Shown here: one piece after another, positions 1-12,992 of the stretch
How positions within the stretch are numbered: position 1 is the first letter of the stretch
How the letters are laid out: every line of letters begins with the position of its first letter
Origin: Octopus vulgaris
Taxonomy: Eukaryota
Assembly: GCA_951406725.2 (NCBI GenBank)
Contig: OX597816.1
Span: 157,852,001 to 157,916,000 of the forward strand
Reading direction: 5' to 3'
DNA: 64,000 nucleotides
Notes under the pieces: generated by a model
What the model saw: the letters and a program-made list of their open reading frames with translations, nothing else
What the model was told of the DNA's origin: nothing
The model's database searches: none
Program-made: the position numbers and the translations under genes

Positions 1-760
1 AGAACTTTTCGCTTTCCAAGTTCTGAGTTGCTCCTTTACTCTTGCAGTCATCTTCATGTATTTCATAGATTTCAGCCACACTACCTTTCAACATTTATGC
101 AAGGTCGTGTTATCATCACAATATTGCTGTCATCAACAAGGGTAACTTGAAAGAAGCCCTCAAGAGAGTTGAACAGCAGAAGGTCTTCAGAGAAGAAACC
201 CACCTCAGGAAAATGTTTTGACCCTTAACTTCTTACACTTTAAGAGGACTGGGCCACATCTAAGTCATGACTACTGAGTGCCCTTGTGCTGACACGTTTT
301 AGCCACTTGGGTATCAGAGACCTGTGCATTTAAACTGCCTGGAGATTTCACTTAGTTGTGACTACTCTTCATACTATGGCAATCCCTCAAGGTCAAGGAT
401 GATGGTCTTCGCGCAAATTTATTGGTGAGTCCGCAGGTGACTGATAAGACCAATTCTTGCTCGAAAAGATCAGTCACAGTGCGGACATCTAGTGCCGGAA
501 GGGCGAGTCGCACGTGGTTGTTGTTGTTGGCGCTCCTTCCATCGTCGTCTTTTCTCCTCCAGCTCTGCAGACCTTTTCGACTCAAAATTCGCCGTTCCCT
601 CATGGATGGTGGTTTTCCAGAGTGGTCTGTTTTTTTGCCGTTTCCTCCCATAGAATCAGCTTTCAAACTTATACTCAACGAAGAAATAACATTGGTTGTC
701 ATGGTAGCAGTGAAACATCAACACTATCACAATGAAGGGAAAAGGTAAACAGAGGCCAAA
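1..760 (-). mobile_element. Degraded 5' region of an RTE-like non-LTR retrotransposon (start of the endonuclease region)
   Basis: More GC-rich than the flanks. The minus-strand translation HVRLALPALDVRTVTDLFEQELV loosely resembles the AP-endonuclease start (...LNVRT...). Multiple stops follow. Confidence 0.4.
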
Positions 761-791
761 CAAACAAACAAAAAAATGTTAAATAACTTAC

Positions 792-894
792 GTCATCACG
801 GATGCTTCTTTAAGAAAAGTCTGCGCTGCTCTGTTTCTGTCTTTTAGTTGTTTCACAGCAACAAGCTGTTGGTTGTAGCAGCCTTTATATACAT
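792..894 (-). CDS. CSK: Csk exon: kinase subdomains I-III with the catalytic Lys (VAVK) and alphaC Glu (103 nt, phase 1 to 2)
   Basis: ttactaacag|AT GTA TAT AAA ... GTG ATG AC|gtaagt encodes (D)VYKGCYNQQLVAVKQLKDRNRAAQTFLKEASVM(T). It is in phase with the previous exon and matches Csk VAVK...AQAFLAEASVMT. Confidence 0.95.
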
Positions 895-2477
895 CTGTTA
901 GTAAAATTAACAAAAGTGAAATATGAATAAATTACTGCTTCATTATTTACATTTGACAGATATTTGTCCTCATCAAGAAAAGGACAAATATCCATCAAAT
1001 GTAAATAATGTACATAATTCTTCATCTCTTAAATATAGAACTGAAACTGTTGCTTGATAAGAAGAACCTCTATGATAATGACCCAAAAGAGTGTTGTAAC
1101 ATTTTAATTAAAGTTTCTATATCCTAATGGTTCTTTTAGCTTTACAATTCTACAAATTCACATCTAAAAAGATACATTACAAATTGGATTTAAAGCATCC
1201 TCATCATTCTCATCACCATTTAATGTCTGTTTCCCATGCTGGTATGGGTTGGATAGTTTGACAGGAGCTGGTAAGGTGAGGAGCAGCACCAAGCCCCACT
1301 GTCTGTTCTGGCATGGTTTTGATGCTTAGATGCCCTTCCTAACACCAATTATTTTAGAGTGTACTGAATGCTTTTCATGTGGCATCAGCACCAGTGCTTT
1401 TTGCATGGTACCAGATGTTGATTCAGTTAACTATACCTTTCCTTAAGAAAAATATTCACTACTATTTTTATTTAACAAAAATCTACAAAACACAGGTATG
1501 CAGCTTTAGGGTTTTTTTTTTTTGTATTTCAAACACAGACATCATCATCATCATCATCAGTGGTGTCCTTTTATGCCTGTTTTCCATGCTGGCATATGTT
1601 GAACAGATTGTTATAGCTGGAACCAGCACATATTATTTTTAAGCTCTTTCCTGAGACTCTTAACGCTGATATCCTAGGTTTCTGTGATGGATATGTTCTC
1701 CACAAGATGTAATGTAAAATGAAGTGCTTTGCTCAAGAACACAATGCATTGCCTAGCCCAGGAATCGAAACCACAATCTTATGACCATGAGTCCAACGCC
1801 CTAATCACTAAGCCTTGCATTTCCACTATCTGGGGATTACCTAGCCAGAGGTTCACATCTCATTTGTTATTCATTTTTCATCTGGTTCCTATGGCTGGAT
1901 GCCCTCCCCGACACCAACCAGTTTACAGAGCACACACATTTTTTTAATGGTAACAGCATCAGAAGGGTATCATGTTCTCAATAATATTAAAGGATCTTCA
2001 AAACCTTATAATTTACAGAATATAAGATTGAGAGACCACATTATAGAATGTCTCACTTTTAAAATTAAAGCACAAAGTGAAAAAAACAGAAAAAGATATC
2101 TATTCTGTATAAAGCATTTAAAATAGAGAAAATTTCATTTCCCAACTGTATTGTAACAAAAAAATAGACACAGATTAGGAAGTTCAGTTTGCAACCACAT
2201 GGCTGTAGGTTCAATCCCACTGTGCGGCACCTTAGGCAAGAGTCTTTTACTATAGCCTGGGTCTGACAAATGCCTTGTGAGTGAATTTGGTAAATGGAAA
2301 CTGTGTAGAAGTCTGTTGCAGATATCCATGTGTTTGTGTCTTTGCCTGTGTGTGTCCCCTCACCACTCAACAACAGATGTTGGTTTGTTTACACACCCAT
2401 AACTTAGTGGTTTGGCCAAAGACACCAATAAAATAAGTACCAGACTTGAAACAGGTCCTGGAGAATAATCTGTTTAA

Positions 2478-2696
2478 CCCTTTAGTATTTAAACAGGCCA
2501 TATCCGGCCCAAATATTCTACTTGTTTTATATTAAAACTAGCCAGATCTGGCCTCTCACACCATCCCTACAATATCCTTTTAGAAATAAACAGTTATCTC
2601 ATCAAAATCTCAAAGCTACAAGATAATGCAAGATTAAATCAAAACATGTGAATAAAGAAGCATTACGTTTGACTGAATAATGTGAATGCTAAAGGG
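2478..2696. mobile_element. piggyBac-like MITE (CCCTTT termini, TTAA target duplication) inserted in a SINE; related copies at ~8203-8423 and ~59755-59965
   Basis: ttaa|ccctttagtattt...aatgctaaaggg|ttaa. The internal sequence (ggccatatccggccc, gcctctcacac, gctacaagataatgca) is shared with the other copies. Confidence 0.75.
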
Positions 2697-2894
2697 TTAA
2701 CTAAAATCATTCAAGGCATTGCTCCAGCATAGCTGCAGTCCAGTGACTGAAACAAGTAAAATATAGTTTTTTTTTTTTTGTTTTTTTTTTTTGTATTTTT
2801 GAAGAGATACAGCTGTCCACTTAAAAAGAAAAAAAGTTATAGTTAGTGACTAACAGAGCATGGAAATAATACTAACTTTAAAACTAGTACTTAC

Positions 2895-3063
2895 CACCAA
2901 ATTCTCCTTTACCAATAGGTTCTTTAATTTCAAGGAATTCAGCATTAATTACCCAGCCGCCTCTTTCAAAATCCTTAAAATTAACTGTTGTAAAATTATT
3001 ACCGGTTTTCCAAAGTGGTTTAGAAAGTCTTGTACACAAGCCATCAGCATCTTTCTCATAGTG
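2895..3063 (-). CDS. CSK: Csk exon: end of SH2, SH2-kinase linker and Gly-rich loop (169 nt, phase 0 to 1)
   Basis: gttgcag|CAC TAT GAG ... TTT GGT G|gtaagt encodes HYEKDADGLCTRLSKPLWKTGNNFTTVNFKDFERGGWVINAEFLEIKEPIGKGEFG. HY..DADGLCTRL and IGKGEFG are typical Csk signatures. Confidence 0.96.
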
Positions 3064-3748
3064 CTGCAACATCAGAAATAGCAAGCATAAATAACACTTC
3101 TGCTACACTGTAACAAACTTTACATGGAATATATGTTCTATAAAGAATTTACATCATTTAGCTATTATTTATATGTATTAAATTATATTAAAGAATTTAA
3201 AAATGACATCTGCGGAATCATGCAAAATTCCCATATGAAGAATTTAAAACAGATATTAACATAATCTAAGGAAGTATATTTTTCAGATAATTTACAATGG
3301 AAAATAAAAATAAAAAAAAAATTCTAGGCATGGAATAAAATTGCTATTTTGAAACTATAGGAAAAACAGTTTTTTTTTAAAAAAATTTATAAGTTATATT
3401 CACAAACATTTTTTAAACTAAATCAAAATTTCTCAGAAGATAATTATTAGAGTTACAGTATTGTACAGAGTTACAGAGCTGTATTGACTAAGAAAAGTAT
3501 TGAACATCTTGATATAGCAAGTATCAAGGCCCATGATTATTATATTACATTATAATCTATCTGTTATGTATTTCATGAAGATAATCTTTTACTTGTTTCA
3601 GTCATTGGACTGCAGCCAAACTGGGGCACTGCTTTGAAGGGTTTTAGGCAAATGAATTGCCCTGGTATTTATTCTGTCAGCCTCTTTAGCTGAACTGCTA
3701 AGTTATGGGAATGTAAAGTAACCAACACCAGTTGTCAAGCAGTAGTGG

Positions 3749-3789
<41 letters not shown>

Positions 3790-3809
3790 CATACATACAT
3801 ACACACACA

Positions 3810-4191
3810 AGTAACAAAAATGTACACCTGTCAATTCATTACAGCCATTTCAAGCGACTCCTTTAATTTAATTGGTTAAAGGAAACATTACATCATTCAA
3901 AAGAAACTGTTCTTGTCAGATGACTGCATAGACTTCAAACATAAAGGATATAACCATTTCCTTAAAATATTCACATCGGTGGCAGATATGACAAAAGAAA
4001 CAATGTCAATATTTTGAGTTGTGTTAATGATGTGAAAATGTTAAAGAAATGGTTATATCCTTTATGTTTGAAATCTATGCGATCATCTGACAAGAATGGT
4101 TTCTTTCAAATGATGTAATGTTTTCATTAATTAATTAAAGTAATCACTTGAAACGGCTGTAATGAATTGACACCTATACATCTTTGTTACT
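3810..4191. mobile_element. Foldback/MITE with ~165-bp imperfect inverted arms
   Basis: 3810-3977 is the reverse complement of 4029-4191, e.g. ttcaaacataaaggatataaccatttc / gaaatggttatatcctttatgtttgaa. Confidence 0.75.
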
Positions 4192-4581
4192 CATTTATGT
4201 TTTATTCACCTAACTTGGAATCTGCACTTTAGAAATACTATAGAAAGTACCTTTATAAAAAATACATGTCTGAATTAAGAGTGGATATCTTCACTTAGCT
4301 GGGGTGCATTGTCTGCACATATGGCAGGAATATCAGGTAGAAACACCCCTGCACGGAGTCTTAATATTCAATTAATATTGTTTTGGTGTGTGGGTTATAC
4401 CGACCTAGCAAGATGCTTCAATATAAGTACCTAATTCAACAGAATCTTAATTACACACACACACACACACATGAAAGGCTTCATTCAGTTACAGTCTACC
4501 AAATCCACTCGCAAGGCTTTGGTTGGCCCATGGCTATAGTACAAAACATTGCCTAAGGTGCTATGCAGTGGGACTGAACTT

Positions 4582-4796
4582 GAAACCATGTAGCTGGAAG
4601 ACAAACTCAATACCACACAGCTATATATACTTGGGTCTATTGATATTAAACCCTATTTTAATCGATTTCAAATGTATAGATAAAAGGTTTTGAAATCATG
4701 TAGTTGGAAGGCAAACTCAATACCACACAGCCATACTTGAGTCTATTGATATTAAACCCTATTATAATCAATTCAATTGTATAGACAGAAGGTTTT
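4582..4796 (+). repeat. Local tandem duplication of a ~105-bp unit spanning a SINE end and its flank
   Basis: gaaa(c/t)catgtag(c/t)tggaag..caaactcaataccacacag...gtctattgatattaaaccctatt...aaggtttt occurs twice, head to tail. Confidence 0.8.
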
Positions 4797-5055
4797 AAGA
4801 TAAAGTTTACAACGTAAAAGGTTCAAACTGAGGAGAAACTAATAACAAATGAAGTGATATAGTTTTCTTACTCTTGAATATTCTCAGTGAGAAACTAATT
4901 GCTAAACAGAACTATTAAGCATATTCGTGTATTAAGTTCAGACTGATATTACACAGCTGTCCAAATGTAGAATTGTAAGAAACTTTCTGGAAACATTTCA
5001 AATTACATTATATAGGGGTCATTAAATTATAAGTTTAGATTTTGATGTACTAAGC

Positions 5056-5223
5056 CAGTAGTTCCCGACATGTGGTCTGCAGAATCCTGGTGGTCCACAA
5101 AGGTAGTACTGAAGGTCTATGAACATGTCAAGTTGACAGACCTTTCGATATCTTGGGAGGGTCTGTGGGAAAACTCATTTAAATAAAAGGGGTTCTTGGT
5201 AGTGAAAAGGTTGGGAACCACTG
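5056..5223. mobile_element. hAT (Charlie/MER5-like) MITE
   Basis: Terminal inverted repeats cagtagttccc / gggaaccactg; perfect 8-bp target duplication tactaagc at 5048-5055 and 5224-5231. Confidence 0.85.
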
Positions 5224-6959
5224 TACTAAGCAGTGTACTTCAGATACTGTAATTGTATTCGAGAGTATTTCTGCTGTACTAATAATGGTTTCAAGTTTTG
5301 GCACAAAGCCAGCAATTTCGAGAAGATGGAGGGGCTAAGTCGATTACATTGATCACCAAGGCTGAACTGGTACTTATTTTATCGATCCCAAAAGGATGAA
5401 CAGTAAAGTCAACCTCAACAGAATTCAAACTCAGAGCATAAAGATGAACAAAATGCTTCTAAGCCTGGCATGGTGATGATTCTGTTGGCTCATCACCTGC
5501 TTCTGCTGTCATAGCAACACAAGATTTTAACCAACATTGCATGTACAATTGGATGAAATGTCAACTAATGACATTACAAACTCTATGAGGTCAGAAAAAA
5601 TATGGGATTGATTCTTTGTTTTTCTTCATTTTTCTTTTTTGTCCAGATGGAAACATGGCTACATGGTTAAGAAGCTCACTTTACAACTACATGGTTTTGG
5701 GTTCAGTCTCATTGTGTAGCACCTGGGGCAAATATTTTCTACTATAGTCCTTGGTTGACCAATGCCTTGTGAGTGAGCCTGGTAGATGAAAACAGCGTGG
5801 AAGCCTGTTGTGTGTGCATATTCCACCACAGCTTGAAAACAACTGTTGGTTGGTTTATGTTCTCATAACTTAGCAGTTTGGCAAAAGAGACCAAGAGAGT
5901 AAATACTAAACCTAAAAACAATAAATACTAGAGTTGATTTGTTCAACTAAACCCTTCAAGGTGGTGCTCCAGCATGGTTGCAGTCCAATGACTGAAACAA
6001 AGATAAAAGACGAAGAAATGGTATAGATATTGGCTTATATATTTGTCCATTATATTCAATCACACAGTGTCAGTTACAAAGTTGTCCTGCTACAACAGAT
6101 ATGTTCTGGAGTACATTTACAATAAATTTTAGTTCTTCTCTAATGATTGTAAAAGATAAGTGAAAGAATTTTTGAAATTTTAAAAGAAATTTATACTTGA
6201 AATTTTCAATTTGCCACACATCCATCACCATTATGTGTACAAACCATGATGTGATTCGGAAGTTCTAGAAATATATTTTGCAACTAATTTTCGTGTACAG
6301 CTGGAATTGCATTAGTTATTAAGTAACCGCTTTCACTAATTGACTTTAAACACGATTCACTACAATAATTGAATTACAATTTTGATCAATTATTGGAGTT
6401 ACCTCCCTTGCTTGTTTACAGATTTTTATAAATGCCTAGAGGGAGCTGTTGACTAGTTGCTCAGATAATCTTAGAAGCTCAAATATTTTCAACACATATA
6501 TCACAATATGTCAGGCTTATTTAGTATGCCAAATGCTTCCCCGAGGTTTCTTTTTTAAATCTATAATGTGGTTTACATATACATTTATATATGTATATAT
6601 CTACATGTACATACTCACAGAGACACACACACATCATCATTTCACATCTAACTTGCCATGCTGGTATGAGTTGGATACTTTTGTCATAAGCTAATAAGTT
6701 AGTTTTTATCCAAAGTCAACACCTCTTCTTAAATGGTTCAAAAAACCAGATCTTGTTCATATGCTCCATTTTTGGTATGATTTCTATATTTGGATGCCCT
6801 TTTTAATATCATATGATGAGAGAGTGCAGAATGATAGGAATTGTGATTGGAAGGCATTGAATGTGAATATGGGTGGCATGGTACAGTGATAGAGAGAAAG
6901 AGAGGATATCAAATGGGTGGGAGAGCAAGAAGCAGATGATGTCTAAACAGGAACATAAT

Positions 6960-7960
6960 GGGTGTCCTACGTCTTCCCAAGTTGCCTCCTTCCACAGGTT
7001 CCACTCACTTTAGGCATCTGTTACTTCTTCATGCAGCTGTCAGTCTTTGTACATATCACCACAGCCATACAAGGGTAGCCTTCTCTTTTGCATATTACAT
7101 ATAATTCCCCTTATATCCAGTTTTTCTCTCTGCTCATTTGTATAACAATGTTCATGCACACAGACATGACACATTCATCAAAGCGTGTTCAACTAATTTC
7201 TTTCCAGCCTTTGCATATTCTCCACATTCAAAGTTGCTGTCTTGCTACCATGTAGTATCACACTTCATAAACAGGCATCATGAAATAACTCAACATTTGG
7301 AGAGAAGTAACTCTCTTATTAGACTTCTACTTTATTTCTTGCTCTGGCAGATACACTTTTGGAAAAACACCCACCTCCACTGCTAATTAGGTCAACTAGG
7401 TAACAAAAGTCATCAACTACTTAGCATTTGAAGGAATTTATCTTACATGTATACTGATTTCTCCTTACTTATGTCCATCTGCCAAATATGTAATTTTATC
7501 TTCCCTTTCAAGCACTCATACACCCATAGTTTACAACAGGTTGGGTTCACCATACAAAATTTCTGCCTGTTCCTTTTCTGCATAAGTCATGGCCATTTCC
7601 TTCCATGGCTGTAAGTTTAGTTTTGCTAAGTCCATTTTGAAGACTCTCTCCTCTAAATTTCAATTTGAAATTTTCTCTATAAAATCTTGGACTAATTCAG
7701 CTGAGAAAACGTGACCATTGACATACAGGAGTTTTCCCCCACAGATGTCAGGTTTTAAATACATCTGTCATAGCCTGGAGAATTATACTAAATTAAATAG
7801 AAGGAGCTGATTCCTGACATGTGCCAGACTAAGTTAAGGCAATGCCATTGCATTAGTTTGAATACCTGTTCACTTGCTTGTACACACACCAATTCAACTG
7901 ACTTCAATCTCTTGCAACAATCTTTAATCATCCTACATCATTTGTCCAACCCTTTAATTT
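6960..7960 (-). mobile_element. Degraded RTE-clade LINE reverse-transcriptase/3' fragment
   Basis: The minus strand carries a VVDDFCYL-like motif (ggtaacaaaagtcatcaactac on +) and resembles the plus-strand fragment at 9.1-9.7 kb. Many stops and frameshifts. Confidence 0.6.
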
Positions 7961-9099
7961 TTTTTTTATTGGTATTTCTGTGTCAGAAGTAATACAACTA
8001 CTTTTTGCTGACACAGAACATCTCTCCTTTACTCAGATTTTAGTGTTGAATTTATATATATAAGATGTAGTCCAAAAAGTTATAAAGGAATTACGCAGGA
8101 TATTAAACTTGAGATTTTACAAAGGTTTTATGCAGGGGAAAATTCAGCCATATGGTAAAGATATCTACTGTAGGAACAACATGACATCACCATCATCATT
8201 TAACCCTTTAGCATTCAAACCGGCCATATCCGTCCAAAATATTTAACCTGTTTTATATTGAAACTGACCAGATCTTGCCTCTCACCCCAGCCCTACCATG
8301 TCATTCTAAAACTAAAAAATCACATCACTGAAATCTCTAAACTACAAGATAATGCAGGATTAATTCAAACCATTTTAAATAAACAAACATCACATTTGAC
8401 AGAATAACCTGAACACTAATGGGTTAATGTTTAATTTCAGTGTTGGCATAGGTCAGATGGTTTGACAGCATTCAGATAGCTGTAGGGCTGTGTTGAACTC
8501 CAACATCACTTCTGGCATGGTTTCTATGGCTGGATGCCCTTCCTAACACCAACCACTTTACAGAATGTACTGGGTGCATTTTTTTTATGTCATAGGCAAT
8601 GGTGAGAACTCAAGCAGTTGCTCTGTTAAATGTATAGAAATTGTTTTATCATAGATTTGATATGATGCTTGATACAGGACATATAAATTTGTGGCTTGAT
8701 GATCAAACTGTTCCAATAAAGATGATGGTCATTCAACAGAAAGCTGAAATTCCATGTGATGATTTTCAGAGAGAAGATGCAATTTATGATGCAAAACATT
8801 TTCTTTCCAGCAAAAGGTTGCTTTTAAAGTTTTAAGAGTTGCCCTATTTTGCATGACATTAACATGACTGGTAAAGCAACTAATGCTGGTGCTAAGGATT
8901 CAATTAATTAGTCTGAGGAGATGAAGATATTTATTGCTCAAGACCATATGATTAACAGTGAGGATGTGTGTTCTGAAAGTATACAGCTAGAGTTAAGGGT
9001 TGGGAAGTGAGAAAGGAGTTCATACAGTAAAGTAATGGGGTTGGAATTCCATATAGTGTACATACTGTAAGCTATGAGGTACAGGGAGATCACAGGTAG

Positions 9100-9790
9100 G
9101 GTAACAGGGAATGCAGGTTAAATCTAGGGCCAGTAGCAGTAACAATATGTATCAGAGAAATGTCTTCAAATATTGGGAAAATCCTCTAAAATTGGTTGCT
9201 AGCCTTTGTTACCTAGGTGACTAATTAACAATGGATGTAGAAGTGTTAAAAAAAAATAGCAGGCAAAGTAAGAATGGAGTAGAAAATGGTAAGGGAGCTA
9301 GTTTTGATGGCAAGGATTTCTCTCTTGAGATTGAAATGCAGATTATATGATGCTTGTGTGCCGGGTACATTACTGTATGGTAATGAAACAGGGGCCTTGA
9401 GTATGGAAGATTTACAAAGGCTGAAAAGAAATAAATCAAGCATATTTAAATGTATGATAGGGCACAAATGAGTTGAGAGAAAAAATTGGATATAAGAAGA
9501 ACCAGACGCTGTGTGCAAGAGGGACAATAAAGTTGCTACAGGTATAGAATGCATATAGAGAGGATGTTAGTTGTATAAAGAAGTGGTGAGTACTACAAGA
9601 AGATAGAATGTGTGGAAGTAGGAGATCAAGGAGGAGATGGGATAAATTGGTGAAGACTGCTTTCAAGAATCTAAACCTTATCAAAAAAATTGCAACTTAT
9701 AAATAAGTATGACTTAGTGAAACACTGTTTTCAAGTGGACCCACTCAGCCTACCCCAGCATGGAAAACCAGATGTAAAAATGTAGACATT
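9100..9790 (+). mobile_element. Degraded RTE-clade LINE 3' fragment
   Basis: Encodes FCYLGD and LRLKCRLYDACV..TLLYGNET, typical of the RTE post-RT region. Ends in the ccagcatggaaaa..gatg tail shared with local SINEs. Confidence 0.7.
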
Positions 9791-10002
9791 TTATATACAA
9801 ACATACATATACTGATCTTTGCTTTTCTTATCTACCACCCATTCCCTATCCTATCACATTAACTGTGTAACAAGAAATGGTATCACATTGGATTTGCCTT
9901 CACTCAATCATCCTTTTATCCTGAATCTTCTCTATTGATAACCATAATCTTTTCTCATCAGATTCACTCCCTTAGCAGTACAATCTTTATTACTAACCAT
10001 TA

Positions 10003-10352
10003 AGCGAACCATCCGATCGTCGTGTCCGCTGCCAGCCTTGCCTGGCCCCCGTGCCGGTGGCACGTAAAAGCACCATCCGCTCGCGTCCGTTGCCAGCCTC
10101 GCCTGGCCCCCGTGCCGGTGGCACGTAAAAGCACCATCCGTTCGTGGCCGTTTGCCAGCTCCGTCTGGCACCTGTGTGGGTGGCACATAAAAAGCACCCA
10201 CTACACTCACGGAGTGGTTGGCATTAGGAAGGGCATCCAGCCGTAGAAACACTGCTAGATCTGACTGGGCCTGATGCGGCCTTCCGGCTTCACAGACCCC
10301 AATTGAACTGTCCAACCCATGCTAGCATGGAAAACGGACGCTAAATGATGAT
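10003..10352 (+). mobile_element. Young GC-rich SINE-like element with internal ~60-bp tandem units and an RTE-type tail. Other copies: ~14080-14240, 19700-19965, 21025-21250, 21445-21770, 41715-41910, 53490-53655, 56600-56750, 57205-57490
   Basis: Recurrent gagtggttggc(g/a)ttaggaagggcatccagc...gtccaacccatgctagcatggaaaacggacg..aaa.gatgatgat. Three internal units of the form accatccg..cg...gccggtggcacgtaaaagc; CpGs retained. Confidence 0.85.
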
Positions 10353-12154
10353 ATGATCACTCTCTCTTGGAGTACCTCTTTATCTACCACCCATTACTGA
10401 CATCCATTACTCTCACTTCCAGTACACACTCTTCTATACTCATGTTTCTCTCCAATTACCGTCCTTCCACACTTGTTGTCTTCTATCCAATGTACTTATC
10501 AACAACCACCTTGTAGATGTCTGCATTTCCTTGTTCTTAACATTCTATCTTTCTTCCATTACTCTACTATATTCCTGTCCTGGTTTGTTTTCACTACTAT
10601 ATTCTTCAGATGTCTGACTGGTCAGACTGTGGCTCTGCCATAAAGCATATCGCATCTTTGGCTTGGAATTTGGTAACTGAATAATTTTTGTCATTTGTTT
10701 TGATGTAGGTTTATCCAGGTCTTTATTCTGTATCCAATAGAATCTTTAAGCTCTAATTGGAAATATTAGCAACTATTCTATAGATATCACGTTTTTTTTA
10801 GGCATGGGATTGAAAAAATATTGTTCTTATTTCTCAGGTACTGGATGGCCATATGTTATAGCAAGAGACATATGAGGGCAATGGCATCAACTTCCCTCAT
10901 TCACCATATATAACACTCCACATAGAGAACAGATATTGGTTGAAATCTGTAAAGGAGTGTGTAAAATTATGTAGCATCTTTATTGTTGTTCATTAATCTC
11001 TTTCTCTCTCTCTCACTTTTACTAATACTACTTCAATTACCATCTCCTTCCTATTACTTTTTCTTCCACCATTAAACTGCTCATAATTTTCTTCCATTCA
11101 ATGTCATTACCAAAAACCAAACTATAGCAGCCTCTTGTCTCTCTTTCACTACTACTTCTTCTATTACTCCTTTATTTCCTCCACTATAGTTCTCAACAAT
11201 CAACCACTTATTCTGTTACTTCCTATTTCGTCACAGTCATGTGTTGCCTTAAATGGGAGACAGCACAGGCAGGGCAACCTCTTTTAATCTGGTGCCAATG
11301 AAAAATGCACTTAATACACATTGTTTAGTGGTTGGCAAATGAACAGAAGCAATGTAGACTTGAGGGAACACTTTATTGAGAAGATTCTTTGTGTTAACAA
11401 GATGATAATCTCATGTCACAATAAAATGCACCCAGTACACTCTGTAAAATGGTTATCATTATGAAGGGAATGCAACCATTGAAAGCATGCCAAAAACAGA
11501 ATGTACAAGAGACAGGTGGTCTCAGACCAGTCTAGAGGGACAGTAACACTATGGTTTCAGTCATTTGACCATAGTCATGCAAGGGCACCAGCTTTAAAGG
11601 TTTAGTCTATCAATTTTGACTTCGATATTAACTTTTGCAATCTCTAAACCACTCTAACAGACACAGTATATTCTCATACACATATACATGAATATACAAA
11701 AGGCTTCCACTGATTTTCTGCCCACTACATTCCAATAAAGTATTGGTTAACTCAAGGCTAGTGTAAAATAGGTGCTGTGAGTATAATCAAATGATGGCAT
11801 GTCATTATGAAGTGAACTTGGTAATCACAGAGCCATGCCAGCATTTGACATTTGGAAGGGCATCAAGTTGTAGAAACCATACTAAAGTAGACATTGGGAC
11901 TTGATGCAATTCTCTGACTTGTTAGATGTCATCAAACCATCTCGCCCTTGCCTGTATGGAAAATAGATGTTAAATGATGATTCGATTCAATTTGTCTTTC
12001 TGTCTGTCTAATATTTCCGGCTAATTGTTATGTGTCGATTAGTGTATTGAAGTGTTGAGTAGAGCACTGGCACAATTTGGGCTACCTGGTGCCATCTGCA
12101 GTCAGGGTATATTTCCGTTGGATTTACTTTAGGAACTCTGCAGTGCTAGTTAAG

Positions 12155-12347
12155 ATAATAATAATAGTAATTTCTGAAGTAACCAGAAGATGGATTTGGC
12201 ATTAATCTTTATTTTGTACAACGGTCATTTCGACCCATCCTGCTACTGTTCCTTGGTAGCAGGATGGGTCGAAATGACCGTTGTACAAAATAAAGATTAA
12301 TGCCAAATCCATCTTCTGGTTACTTAAGAAATTACTATTATTATTAT
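12155..12347. repeat. Near-perfect inverted repeat: 92-bp arms, 1 mismatch, 9-nt loop
   Basis: 12155-12246 is the reverse complement of 12256-12347; loop tgttccttg. Confidence 0.95.
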
Positions 12348-12992
12348 TATCATATAGTCAGCTAGAATTTATAATGGCACCTAAGGTTTCACTCTGACAT
12401 AAATATGCTAATGTAAAATTTATGCTCATATAAATATTTATGTTGCATATTTTAACTAAAAGCCAATATGATACACATTGACAGGACAGCACAAGTGTCA
12501 TATAAATGAAGTTTTTGAATTTTGTTTTGACATGATTTACTGTTAGTGAAAGGAGATCCCTCTAAAATACCCAAATACCAGAAGGAGAAGAGTAAATACT
12601 CATTCTTCAATTTGACTGTCTTTATGTCTGAGCAGCTGTGTCTCTCGATGCACATGTGAAGTAAGAAAAACCAATAATATTTACATAAATGCATCATGCA
12701 CGTACACAAACAAGTATGCATGTGCTGTTCCAAATATGCATATATAAATGGATATATGCAAATACACATTTACATGCCCAATCATACACACATACACCCA
12801 CAAACATTATTTTGCCATGGTAAAATCATGAACTTCAAATAGCATGCCATACCATGTAGTGTATGCATATACAATTTGACAAACATTCTTGAATCCTAAG
12901 AACTGAATCACAATGAGACAGCCACTATATGGTTGAGAGGTGCCACTATGTAATTGAAAAATAACTCTCAAGAAAGATATGCTACATATGTA

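Noticed and set aside
10007-10200. Regularly spaced ~60-bp GC-rich repeats that look superficially like a CRISPR array
   Set aside because: Whole units repeat without unique spacers, they are internal to a dispersed SINE family, and the context is eukaryotic.
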